A DNA stretch of 64,000 nt from Camelus dromedarius (lineage: Eukaryota), in contig NC_087437.1 of NCBI RefSeq assembly GCF_036321535.1, forward strand, positions 20,896,001 through 20,960,000, given 5' to 3'. The position numbers were made by a program, and so were the translations under genes. Below the pieces are notes generated by a model. It did not search any database. It was given only the letters and a program-made list of their open reading frames with translations, and was not told the origin of the DNA. This document shows positions 35,952 to 47,760 of this stretch, one piece after another (the stretch's first letter is position 1; every line of letters starts with the position of its first letter).

Positions 35952-37563
35952 AAAGATCTTTCTATTCCAGTTTCCAGGAACTCTCTTGGCTAAGGGAAAC
36001 TACTGCTCTGTACTTTAGAAGTGGAAAGTAGGCGAATGCATTTGTGTGCTTATGTATTACATCCGGATTTAAAGAGCTAAAGTACACAATTAAAAATTTT
36101 TTTTCAAATAGCACAAAAGGACACACAGAGAAAAATAAATTTCCCTCTCATTCTGCCGCCAGGTTTCTCCCCAGAGGCATGTACTGTTCCAGATCTTGGC
36201 TACCTTTCGACAGATATCTTGTGTATATCCAAGCATATATGTATGTGTACTTATGAACTTACATATTTTTATTTCCTTTTTTTTCCTTACACATTCCTCA
36301 CAGCATTCAATTCTTCATTTAGTTTGTTTATTATGGAGAAAATTCCATGGTGGGGCACCTGGGTCTGTCGTCTTCTTTTAATGCCTGCATGATGCCACTC
36401 CCTGGGTGAATCCCTAACCAGTCTCCTATGGACAGACATTTTAGTTGTTTCCCACCTTTTCTTTACTCATGCATTTTAGATAGATTTTTATATCAAAGAT
36501 GAAAGCAAACAAAACAACAGTTTTCTGCTGACCTCACGTTTATCCAGAAAATCCAATTAACAGAGGCCTCACTCTGCTCTGAGGGTTCCTGGTAGTTTGG
36601 ATCAATTCAAATTCTGAGCTCTCAAGCCAAAGTTTCAGAATTACTTTGCTCTGTATCACAAGCAAACTAAATAGAAGTGCACGTGTTTGGGGGCTTTTGT
36701 TGTTTGAATAAAATGGAGTGTGGGAGGGAGACAAGAAGATATGACAGAGCTTATGGGAGAATGACTGCGAACTGAAATCAGAAAGCAGAAGCATCCTTCT
36801 CTCCACATCACCTCATCTCTGTGCCTCCCTCGTGTCCCCTTTGTTCGACTCTCTCTGCCTGCAGTAGAGGATGCTGGCCGGCCCTACAGGACAGGCACAG
36901 TCTCCATCAGAGAATGACTGCCGACCCTGTATCCTAACTGCCAATTTCAGGAAAAGGAAATCTGGTTCTCACCCTCCCCCACGCCCCATGGAAGGAATGG
37001 GTTCCCCTTGGTCGGTTTCCTCCTGGTCTGTTGAATTCTGGTTAACGGGACAGAGCCCTTGTAGAAGATGGCTGCAGAGGCCCAATCCCAAGGCAAACCA
37101 TGATCCATAAGCAGAGAAGGCGGGTGGGCTGGCAGAGGCCCTCAAGTGCCCACCGTGTGGTCCCACGGGGACAACAGCTGCTTAGTCAGTAACTCTGCAT
37201 CAGGGTGACCCTTGAAACCTGTCATAATGGCTTCTACTTGGCTGTCCAGCCTTCTACCCCAGAGTCTCCCATGACTGATGTCCCTGGGCAGTTATTAAAA
37301 AGTCTGCCAGGTGTAGAGGCGGGCTCAGGCCTTACCCAATGACAGCGTTTCACGTGTCTCTGTGGGTGAGCTGACGTGTGGCAATGTGACATGTATGATT
37401 TGGTAGAGGTGTTTGTAAAGGACGCCTCAGCCCCTGACCCACACACGTGCAAAAGTGAACTTGTTTTGATAGAGTGTTTTCACCTCGCTTTGCAAATATG
37501 TTATTCTGAAGACATTTTGTAAACTTGTTTCTATGAAACGTGTTTTTTAAATATGTCCTTTTT

Positions 37564-37726
37564 GGGGAAGGGTATAGCTCAGTGGTAGGGTGCTTGCTTA
37601 GCATGCACAAGGTCCTGGGTTCAATCCCCAGTACCTCCATTTAAAAAATTAATTAATTAAATAAATAAACCTAATTACCTCCATAATGTAATAAAGTAAA
37701 AAAAAAAAGGCTTTTAAAACAATAAA
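37564..37726 (+). mobile_element. Vic-1-like SINE, long-tail type
   Basis: tRNA-like head and perfect 16-bp TSD TAAATATGTCCTTTTT (37548-37563 / 37727-37742). Confidence 0.92.
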
Positions 37727-38959
37727 TAAATATGTCCTTTTTGAGAAAAGCATTTTTTTAAAAAGGAAGAAAACATGCATATATCTGGAAAATGAGTAAT
37801 GGAAATAAGCTGGTGGAGGCAGAATGGGATCTATGCTTAAACTCCTGGCTGCTGTAACCTCTAACCCCCTAGTAAAAATTTTAGCGTGAATGCCCATCCT
37901 GCCCTACCCTCTCTGAGATCAATCTCAGGCATCTCTCTGAAAGAACATGGAACAGACACACAAACCTGGAGAAGACTCTAACCCTTGTGTGGACCAGAGG
38001 GGAAAATCTTGCCAGCAGAGGTCACTGTCGCTCCAGCTGGGACTCAGCAGGCCAGCCCATCCCAATAAGGTTGTGTCTGCCCCATTCCAGCCCCTTTCCA
38101 TTAACTCGCTCCCTGCTTAGCTTATTGAAGGAAGTGAAAGTCGTTGTTGCACGGACCAAGTGTGTGCATGCTATCAGCACCTTTTCCCAGCAGTACCCAC
38201 CTTTGGATATCCCCACCTAAGGGGCTTTACATTAATATTAAGTTAATACTCAGAACGAGACAGACAATAGCAGGACATCAGGATCTGCTTTAACCCTGGG
38301 TTGTACCTGACCAGGTGTTCCCCATTCTGTAAACTAGTTACACTTGCTTCTTACCCACTGCTCATATACACACACACAGCCATGGTTACGTGCAAAAACC
38401 CCTATAGAGTAAGGATGGGTGCCATGGTATGGAATGGTGTGGTACACCCAAAAGAGTGAAAAAAGAAATTGCCTGTGGACTGCTTGCAAAGAATGAGAAG
38501 CATCTATGAGGGCTACCTGTGGGCCAAAAGCTAGCCATGGACAATAGCCAGAGACAATGGACTGAACTGCCAGCATTCTCAAGTGGCCACCAATAGAGCA
38601 AAGAGATGCCACTAGGGGCTATCTATGCATGAAGGATGGAGAGGAAACTGCACTTGCAGGATGAGGGAAGAAGTAGTAGAGCACCTACAAACCATTGAAT
38701 TGCCACAGGGTAGCACCCACCTCGTGTCTCCAAGATGCTGCCAGTCTCAGAGGCCGGGTGAGAATACAAACTTCATAAGCCATTAGGATATGTGGTCTGT
38801 TCCCCACACAGGCAGCCAGGTAACTGCACCTCACAGCCACTGGGCAATAGATGTGTGATGATCCTATGAAACCAGCAGGAAATACAGAGGCACAGTGGCA
38901 GCAGGAAACCCTATGGGAAGGGGAGGAAGCTGTCCTTTCCAGAAGAGTGCTGAGGAAGA

Positions 38960-39540
38960 AGCATGTGACCTCAGCCTAAGCCAATCAATACACTGCATTT
39001 CCATGGTCACAGTGATTGGCTCAGCAATGTGCATGTGACCCACTCAGAGCCAATGAGACTTAACGACTCGTGGCAGTGCTGTAAGACAGAAGGTGTTAGG
39101 GGGAGGGTGTAGCTCAGTGGTAGAGCGCATGCCTAGCATGCGTCAGGTCCTGGGTTCAAGCCCCAGTACCTTCATTTAAATAAACAAAAAATAATTTAAA
39201 GAAGAAGAAGATGACGAAGACGACGAAGGAGAAGGAGAAGAAGAAGAAGAAGAAGAAGGTGTGGTTCTCTCCTGACTGGACTTGGAGCTGAGGAAATTCA
39301 GTCTGGAGACACTGCCTCTTTCTTGCCAGCAAGAGGGAAAACCTGGAGCTGAGTGGGGCCACCTGGGAGCTCCTGCGATCATGACTGTCTCAGTGGAAGA
39401 ACCTCAAAGTGGAGGGAAATGGAGTCCTGATGACATTGTTTGAGCCCTGAATCCAGCCATGCCTGAAGTTCATGCTACTCCCAGATCTTCAGTGGCCCAT
39501 TGAGCTCCTCTTGTGCCTTTTTAGAACTGCACTCCTGGGT
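38960..39540 (+). mobile_element. ERVL LTR16-like fragment
   Basis: CATGTGACC..GCCAATCA..CACAGTGATTGGCTCAG..CATGTGACCC..GCCAATGAGA and TGATGACATTGTTTGAGCCCTGAATCCAGCCATGCCTGAAG motifs. Confidence 0.6.
39099..39253 (+). mobile_element. Vic-1-like SINE with GAA-type microsatellite tail
   Basis: tRNA-like head, TSD AGAAGGTGT (39088-39096 / 39254-39262), inserted in an LTR. Confidence 0.9.
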
Positions 39541-40071
39541 TCTCTGAGCAAGTTCTGACATCTGATACCTTAGGATTCCTGACTGAGGTTCATTTGAGAT
39601 AAACCTGATCAGCCAAGGCAAGCTGCTCAGGCTCCAAAGATCACTGGAGATTATTCTTTAACCAACATCCAGACCATTCTGAATCTTGGTGCCCATTCCT
39701 GACCCCAGAGTGGGAGCCAACACCTTCAAAGTATGAATTTGAACTCTAAGATCAACCCTGAGATACCAGTGTTTCCAATGCATATCACCTGACCTGCAGA
39801 AAACAACACACATTTAGAATCATCTCGTTGAAACTTCAACTTAAGATCTAAAAGAGATTCCAGCTGGAGAAGGATGGTAAATTAATTGGATCATTCCCAT
39901 CATTACTAATTTAAATTGTAAAGTATCGCTAATTTTCCCTTTATTCAAAGTTCTGCCTTTATTCCTTTCTCTGCGTGATGGTAACAAATATCTAGTCATT
40001 TTATTTCTTCTGTTCTTTTTTTACTTTTTTATTGAAGAAAAAACATACCCAAACTGAAGAGTGCAAATCTT

Positions 40072-40194
40072 GGGGAGTGGGGGTATATTTTATTGGGGGG
40101 TGGGGGTATAGCTCAGCGGTAGAGCATGTGCTTAGCATGCACAAGGTCCTGGGTTCAATCCCCAGTCCCTCTATTAAAGAGAAAAAAAATAAAA
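40072..40194 (+). mobile_element. Vic-1-like SINE with duplicated 5' end
   Basis: TSD AAGAGTGCAAATCT (40057-40070 / 40195-40208) encloses a partial head plus a full SINE. Confidence 0.9.
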
Positions 40195-43100
40195 AAGAGT
40201 GCAAATCTCAAGTGGACAGTGTGACGGATTGAATATGCGTAAAACAAGTGACTTGTCCTCTCTGCATGTGTGTCCTTATCTGTCCAGTAACTGTTAGTGG
40301 GGCAGCATTTTTTAAGTGTCTCCTCTGAGACGTCTTCCAAGCCAATGACACCCATTCAGCGTGTTTTGATGCAATAGCCCCTATATCACAACTGCAGAAG
40401 GTCTCTTACCCTGTACCTGCGGCACGGCCCTACATGACTGGCATGGGATAAACCTTTTTGTTAGGCTGAGATCCTCCAGGGGCTGCCTTGACACTGCCTC
40501 CAAGAGAGCCCAGCATTGAGAGCAGGAGGCTGTGGGCCAAAACTCCCGTTGCCCACAGCACTGCCACACTTGTCACAGCGCACCAGGGGACCCCATCACA
40601 GCCACAATCTGAGCAAATGCTCACATGGAGGGGATTTAATAGATATATGCTGGATAGATGGATGGATGGATCTCTGTTCCAAATTCTTCAGGGAAAGAAA
40701 AAGAACTAAACAAAGAAGAAGGCCATTTCTGAGGTAAGCAGGCTGTCATCTTAACAGGATAGGGACTCCCTGGCCGTCCAACCTGATGTTTATTGTTCAA
40801 ATCAATTTCCAGTTCCTCTGTAGTATAACTGCACAATCAGACTCCCTGGAAATTCTCTGGAGTCATTGCTTTAAGCCATAATGATACCAGAGTGTTTATA
40901 AATTGTTTGCTGAAGGGTTTGCTTTATGCCTAATAATGTTAGATCTCCTGGGAGAAAAGATATGTGTATATTTATATATATTAATTCAGATGCTTTGAAT
41001 TGCAACCCAGAGAAAAACCAACTTAACAAGAAGTCTCAGTAAGCAATTCTGTAGCTCAGTTGTGTCAACAAGGACTCAGGCCTTTATTCACATCTGTCAG
41101 CTCTGTCTGTTACATCTACCCTCACACACAGAAGACGGCCAAAGCAAGTCCAAGTATCGGGCCCTTACATGAGTCCAAAAGCAAGAAGAAAGGGCAAAAA
41201 GGCAGGGTTTTTCTCCTGTCCTCGGAGGCCCTCAGCTCTCCACAATTTAGACCAATCTTTGACAAAGAGGAAACAGGTGGTTACGCCAAGTGTTAGCCCC
41301 TGGAACTAGGTTTCTGGTCACCAAATGGCCACACGAAACCCAGGCTCTTTGAGGACAGAAGAAGAGATGAATTATGAGTGAGCAACCAACACGTTTGCCA
41401 TAGGACGACCACATGGGCAGTCACTGGCAATCATCCAGGCCAATCCAAATTCAACTAAATAAATTATTGTTTAACTTTAAATAATCCATTTCGATAGTAA
41501 AATTGGATGGCAGCCATTGACCAGGCGAGCTGGGGCTCTTTGTAAAAATCTCTGGTGGCTTCTGGAGGCCCTCCGTGACAATGAAGGCCTTCTTGCCCTG
41601 TTTACCACAGATCCTCTCCCGCCAAGGCAGAGACTCGATAAGTGTGCTTGGCCTCTTCCTGGGTAAAGGTCAGGGCTCTGGAGAAAGCAGCTCATTGTCT
41701 GGCCTTGCAGAACAGTCATCATTTGTTCCTTCTCAGTGAAACTCAGCAGTCTGGGAACAGAAGCGAGTCCCCTTCAACTTCCCTCGCAAGCTCCACCTCA
41801 AGGGCACACCCACAGGCGCCTGGATAAATGGCCCAGTGAGGGAGGCGGGTGAGGGTGGGCAATGACCGGGAGGGCCAGAGGTTGAGGGCGAGGGGTGATT
41901 TCCCAGGAAGTACCAAAAATGTCACCTAAGAGGCTCATGTACCAACAATTATCCTTTTATTTCCGCCCTTTCTGCGGTCGTGGAGGCAGGACCAAGGCTA
42001 CCCTGGCTACAGGGTGTGACTGTGCCTGCGTGTGTATGTTAGAGAGCCATCAGGAGCTGGGTATGAGTGCGAGTGGGAGCAAAGTGGGCGGGGCCCGAGG
42101 GCCAGAGAGTGTGGCACCTGTTGTAATTAACCCCACCCCACCCCCAGGGGTCACCCTGGGTTCACTGGGAGCCATTCTTTTTCCTCCCTCCCAGGGTTGG
42201 GAGGAGCCCATGAGCCCAACGTAGAACAGGTGTGTGCTGGATCGTGCTCATTGTCCTGCACTCTCTTGGCCTCTTTTCTACCTCTATCCATGTTCTGCTT
42301 CTAGTCTCATCCTTTCTCCTTGTCTCTGTGGAAGGCTGCAGTAGTCAGGAGCCCACTTCCCCTAAGAGCAGGGCATGTGTACACCTAGAGGCACCCAAGA
42401 TAATTTCAGGAGCACACAGACAAACATTTTATAGTTGAATTAGCTATGCATTTATTTTACTTTTCATTACAAAAAAAATTGCGAGTTGTGTGGTGGTCAT
42501 GAGAATTCGGTTGATTCTTGAGCTCCACCTTCAAGAAAACTGCCCCTGGTGCTGGAGGAAAACAAGACCCAGACAGAGGGAATTTGAAGGGTATCTTGGA
42601 GCATAAAAACAGTGATTTCAGTATTTTAAAAAATCGTCTTTAGGCTCCTCCACATTATACTTCTTTTAAATACATCTGTCTTATCTGGAGCACTTTCCGG
42701 TTTTGCACTAACAAAAATCTTCTTGTAAATTACTCAGTGGAAATAGCTGCTTTCTTATATTATAGGGAGTGAGTAATTTCTGGATTGTACCCGATTTCTA
42801 ATTCCACTTTCATCTAAGTCTTCTAATAAATCTTTAAGTATCTTCCTTTTTATTTCCTCATCCAGGAAATTGCCAGACATGACTGACATTTCAATGTTTT
42901 TAGTTAAGAATTTTAAAGGTAATAGCTATCAGTGGCCTTATTTCAAAGAAAGTTTCATTGAAGTTAAACTTCACCATCCCAAATAAAAAGCTGCAATATA
43001 TGTGATTACAAAGCTCACATTTCTGTGCCAGTCTTTTTAAATAAATTCCTCTTTTCTCATTGCAGACTCAATGTAACTGAGACATCTAGTGTCCAGTCCT

Positions 43101-43564
43101 AAGAAAAACAAATTACTACTGATTCTGGAATTAAAGAATTCACCAAATTTGTTTTATGGCACCTTTAATTAAAACTATTATCCCCCTCCCTCGCCGCCCT
43201 CCAGTCTTGGAAAACCTCTTCGCGGTGCTTCCCAGGCTTAACGCTTACCTGGGTGAAAAATATTTTCCTCTCACAGAAGTTCAAGAAATGTTTCCCACAT
43301 TTAGTGTTCGTGATCAAAGGGTATTGCCATTCACACGGATAACATCCATCCCCTCAGTCCCACCCCAACCTCCTCCAGCTTTTAAAACAATTGTCTCAGA
43401 TAGAAAATGTCTCTCTTCTTCAATGGAATTTGAGTTTAGGGTCACATCTTGTTTTCTGGACTTTCAGTCACTAAGAATGTCCATATACCATAAAGTATTT
43501 AAATCAAACACACAGACACATACACAAATAACATCTATTTTCATACCATAACTTTTTAAAGTAA

Positions 43565-44625
43565 ATTCTGTCTTAAATATGACAGCAAAAACAACAAAAA
43601 ATAGATAAATTGGACATCAAAATTTAGAACTTTTTTGCTACAAAGGGCATCAAAGAAATGAAGACAACACTCAAAATGGTAGAAAATATTTGAAAATAAT
43701 ATATCTGATAAAACACTTACATCTAGAATATATAAAGTGCAGTTAAAACTCAGTGATAAAAAGACAACCCAATTTAAAAATAGGCAAATGATCTAAACAG
43801 ACATTTTCTCCAAGAAGGTACGCAAATGGCGAGTAAGTACATGAGAAGATGCTCAATGTCATTCATCACCAGGGAAATGCAAATCAAAAACACAATGAGA
43901 TACCACTTCACATCCAATAGAGTAGCTATAACAAGAAAAGATAGATAATAGCAAGTGTTAGGAAGCATGTGAAGAAACTGGAACCCCTGAGCACTGATGG
44001 TGGCAACGTAAAATGTTGCAGCATCTTTGGAAACAGTCTGGCATTTCCTCAAATGATTAAACATAGAGTTACTATATGACCCAGTAATTCCACTCCTAAG
44101 TCTATACCTGAGAGAAATGAAAGCATATGTCCACACACTGATGTGTACACCAGTGTTCATAGCAGCCTTGGGATATTCATAGTATCCACAAAGTATAAAC
44201 AACCCAAATGCCCATCAACTGATGAAAGAATAAATAAAATGTTGTATATCTGCACTATGGAATAGTATTTGACTATAAGGAAAACTGAAGTGCTGACACA
44301 TACTACAACCTTGAAAACATTGTAAGTGAAAAAAACCCAGATGCATAAGATCCCATATTGCATGACTCCATTTATATGAAACTTCCAGAATAGGCAAATC
44401 TATAGAGATAGAAAGTATCTGTAATTGACAAAGGCTGGCTGAAGGGACATGGAGAGTGATTCCTGATAGGCCTGGAGTTTCTTTTGGGGCGGTGAGGAAA
44501 ATATTGTAAAATTGATTGTGATGATGGTTGTAGAATTCTGAGAATATACTAAAAATCATTGAATTATACACTATAATGATTGAATTGTATGGTCTGTTAT
44601 TTTTACCTCAATAAAGTTGTTATTA
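43565..44625 (+). mobile_element. Old L1M (L1MB-like) ORF2 end and 3'UTR
   Basis: GGGAAATGCAAATCAAAA..ATGAGATACCACTTCACA, TATGACCCAGTAATTCCACTCCTA and terminal TGAATTGTATGGT..ACCTCAATAAAGTTGTT. Confidence 0.88.
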
Positions 44626-45167
44626 GAAAGTGAATTATAAGTAGTAACACATTTTAAATAGGCAGCAAAATGATTTTTAAAAGTACAGTAATCCTGCCCC
44701 TGAACATCTTCATCACGTCCATTTCTACCTGTCTTGTAAAGGCTAAGGCCACCTCCCTGAATGTCTCTGCAAAGGAACTTGCAGAGACCATTGCTAAAAT
44801 TATTCCTAGTCCAAGTCCCTTCTAGGTAAAAATAGATCTCATTCATTCTAGAGGAAACCAAGTTCTCTATGGGGTGCCAGGGGGAGACCTCAGATATAAG
44901 TCAGCCAATCAAATTCAGTAGAAAAAGAACATAGAGAAAGAAGATAAATATAAACCAATCCACGGCCTTGGCCAAGCCATGTGAACGCCTGAGCCCAGGT
45001 GCTTCCTCAGGTAACAAGGATGATAAATCTGAGCACAGATTTCATGCAAGGTGGCCACAGGCCTGTTGTGAAGGTCAGAGGATTGTCTGCCAATGACAGT
45101 GACCTACCGTCTCAGTTTGCCAAGTTTCCCAGGAGGGGAGACTTTCAGTTTTAAAACCAAAGTAGTC

Positions 45168-45870
45168 CCAAAATAGCCAAGACATGGAAATGACCTAAAT
45201 GTCCATCGATAGACGACTAGATGAAAAAGTTGTGGTATATTTATGCAATGAAATACTACTTAGTCATGAGAAAGAATAAAATAATGCCATTTGCAGCAAC
45301 ATGGGTGGACCTGGAGATTGTCATTCTAAGTGAAGTAAGCCAGAAAGAAAGAAAAATACCATACGATATCACTTATATGTGGAATCTAAAAAAAAAAAAA
45401 GACAAAATTGAACTTATTTACTGTGACAATGAATATATATATATATGTTCATGTATAACTGAAAAATTGTGCTCTACACTGGAATTTGACACAACATTGT
45501 AAAATGATTAAAAATCAATTAAAAAACCCACAATTGATAACAAAAAAAATTGAACTTATTTACAAAACAGAAACAGACTCACAGACATAGAAAACAAACT
45601 TATGGTAACTGTGAAAAAGGGGGTGGAAAGGGATAAATTGGGAGTTTGAGATTTGCATATACTAACTACTATATAAAAAATAGGTAAACAAATTCATACT
45701 GTATGGCACAGGGAACTATATTCAATATCTTGTAATCTATGGTGAAAAGAATATGAAAAGGAATATATGTATGTATATGTATGACTGAAGCATTATGCTG
45801 TACACCAGAAATTCATGCAACATTGTAAACTGATTATACTTCAATAAAAGGAAAAGAAAAAGCAGAAGCA
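45168..45870 (+). mobile_element. 5'-truncated L1 containing a nested younger L1 tail (45422-45545)
   Basis: Outer TSD AAAAC(C/A)AAAGTAG (45153-45165 / 45871-45883); inner perfect TSD AAAATTGAACTTATTTAC (45404-45421 / 45546-45563). Confidence 0.92.
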
Positions 45871-47079
45871 AAAACAAAAGTAGGCTCAAGAAAACTAAAA
45901 TGAGTTGGTTTCCTTACTACTAACAACTGGGCTTTAATGTTTAAGGTAGATCTTGCAGCATGCAAAGAAATATGCATGTTAACATGTATCTGAATCAATA
46001 TTCAATTCATTTAAGTTTAAGTTTTTAAAAATGTAAGCATACAAATCAACTTATAAATATGGTTATTTTATCCAAATATGCATGTTCGCAATTATGTATA
46101 AAAGTCTATTATGTGTAAAAATAACCATTTTTTCTCATCCTTGAATTAATGTTTCATTAACTTGTACATTTAAAAGATTATATTCCCCTAAGCAAACAAC
46201 TCTTTATATAAATTGACTTAATGAAGCACCGTTAAACATTTTAAACAATATTTATAAATTTAATATTGGATCCTCTCAGGCATTTCAGTTGCCTCGCAGA
46301 ATGGAGTTTCAAATTTAACAAGCAAAATCTTACTAAATCCATCAAAAAGTAATAAATATATTAAATGAAACATGTAGGTGTAGTAATTTAGATTCACTTA
46401 ACATTCAAACTCTGTTGACAAGCTTAATTACATTATCTTAGTAGTTTCTAATGAAAACTCTTAATTTTTCCAATAGCATAAATAATAAACACTCACAGAT
46501 TATGCTGATTATAAAATTCATATTTAATTCCAGTTTTTAATAGCATGGGTTGATTTTCTTTATCATGCCCAAACTTTTTTCTCTGTCTTCTTGGGGCTAC
46601 AAGGCAGTTATCCTACTCATGTGCAGAGCTGCAATCTGGGATCCATGGAACCTGAACATGGGACCCAGGTGCCCTTCTCTGAAATGCCAGCCTGGTGCCT
46701 GTTGTCATGTGGAGTCTCATTTTGGGGTATGGGACTCTCTGAGCCCATGTGTCTCCTTTCTGTCTTAACCTCTTATATAACTTTCAATTTTCTATTTTGA
46801 ATTAAAGAGATTCTCAATCCTAGTTGTACTCAGCCAGCCTGTTCCCCTCCTGGTTTACAGCGAAAAGATTTCCTCCCTCTTCATACCTACCTTAATTGTC
46901 TTGTGTTCAAGTATTCTGTAACTCCTGGATGAACAATATGAAAGGTGATATCCTTTAAAATATTTAAAGGATCTTTCTTACAAATATAAGGAAGTATACG
47001 CTTACAAACGTTCATAACATTATTATTTGGTCAATGTTTATTAGCGCCTTCATATCAATTCTTAATAAATGTTTACTGA

Positions 47080-47647
47080 ATAGGATGTAAAGGGTGAATC
47101 AAAATTCTAATAGTTGTATTTTGGGAACTGGCAAGATGATCCTCATAGTTCATTTGGAAGAAAAAGCAAACAAGAATAGGTGATAAAAATTCTAAAGGAA
47201 TAGTAATGAGGAAGACAGATATTGAAAGCTATTAAACAGTTATGGGGATTAAATATGTGTGGAATTGGCACAATAACTAACAGGCTGCTTAGGGGAACAG
47301 AAATGGAAGTCACAAAATTGATTTTTACGTAAAAGATTATGTAGTTTATAATAAAATGAAAAGAAAATGGTCTGTTAAGCAAATGGTGTTGAGATCACGG
47401 CCAGTTTGAGAGAATACTTGAAGCTTGGTTCAGACTATACACTCAATTTCAAATGAATCAAAGAGTGCAATGGAAAATATAAAATCAGGAAAACAAAATA
47501 AAAACTAAATGCACATATATCTAATTTCTGGAAAGACAAGCTATTCTGAGCACAAAAGTGATAAAAATTATCACAAAGGAAAAGATTGAGTTTGGATCTG
47601 TCAAAATTGACAATTTTTATCCGATGAAAATACTACAAACAAGGCTA

Positions 47648-47678
<31 letters not shown>

Positions 47679-47760
47679 CAGAACATAGCAGCACATCACA
47701 TCTGCATACAAACAGTTCAGATCTGCTGTACGTAAATATTTCCCAGAAATCAGTAAGAAG
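47080..47760 (+). mobile_element. Highly degenerate L1M ORF2 fragment
   Basis: GAACTGGCAAGATGATCCT..GTTCATTTGGAAG, AAACAGTTATGG..TGGCACA and AAATGGTGTTG resemble the L1 ORF2 3' region. Confidence 0.5.
47648..47680 (+). repeat. (CA)n microsatellite
   Basis: Directly visible CA run. Confidence 0.95.
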
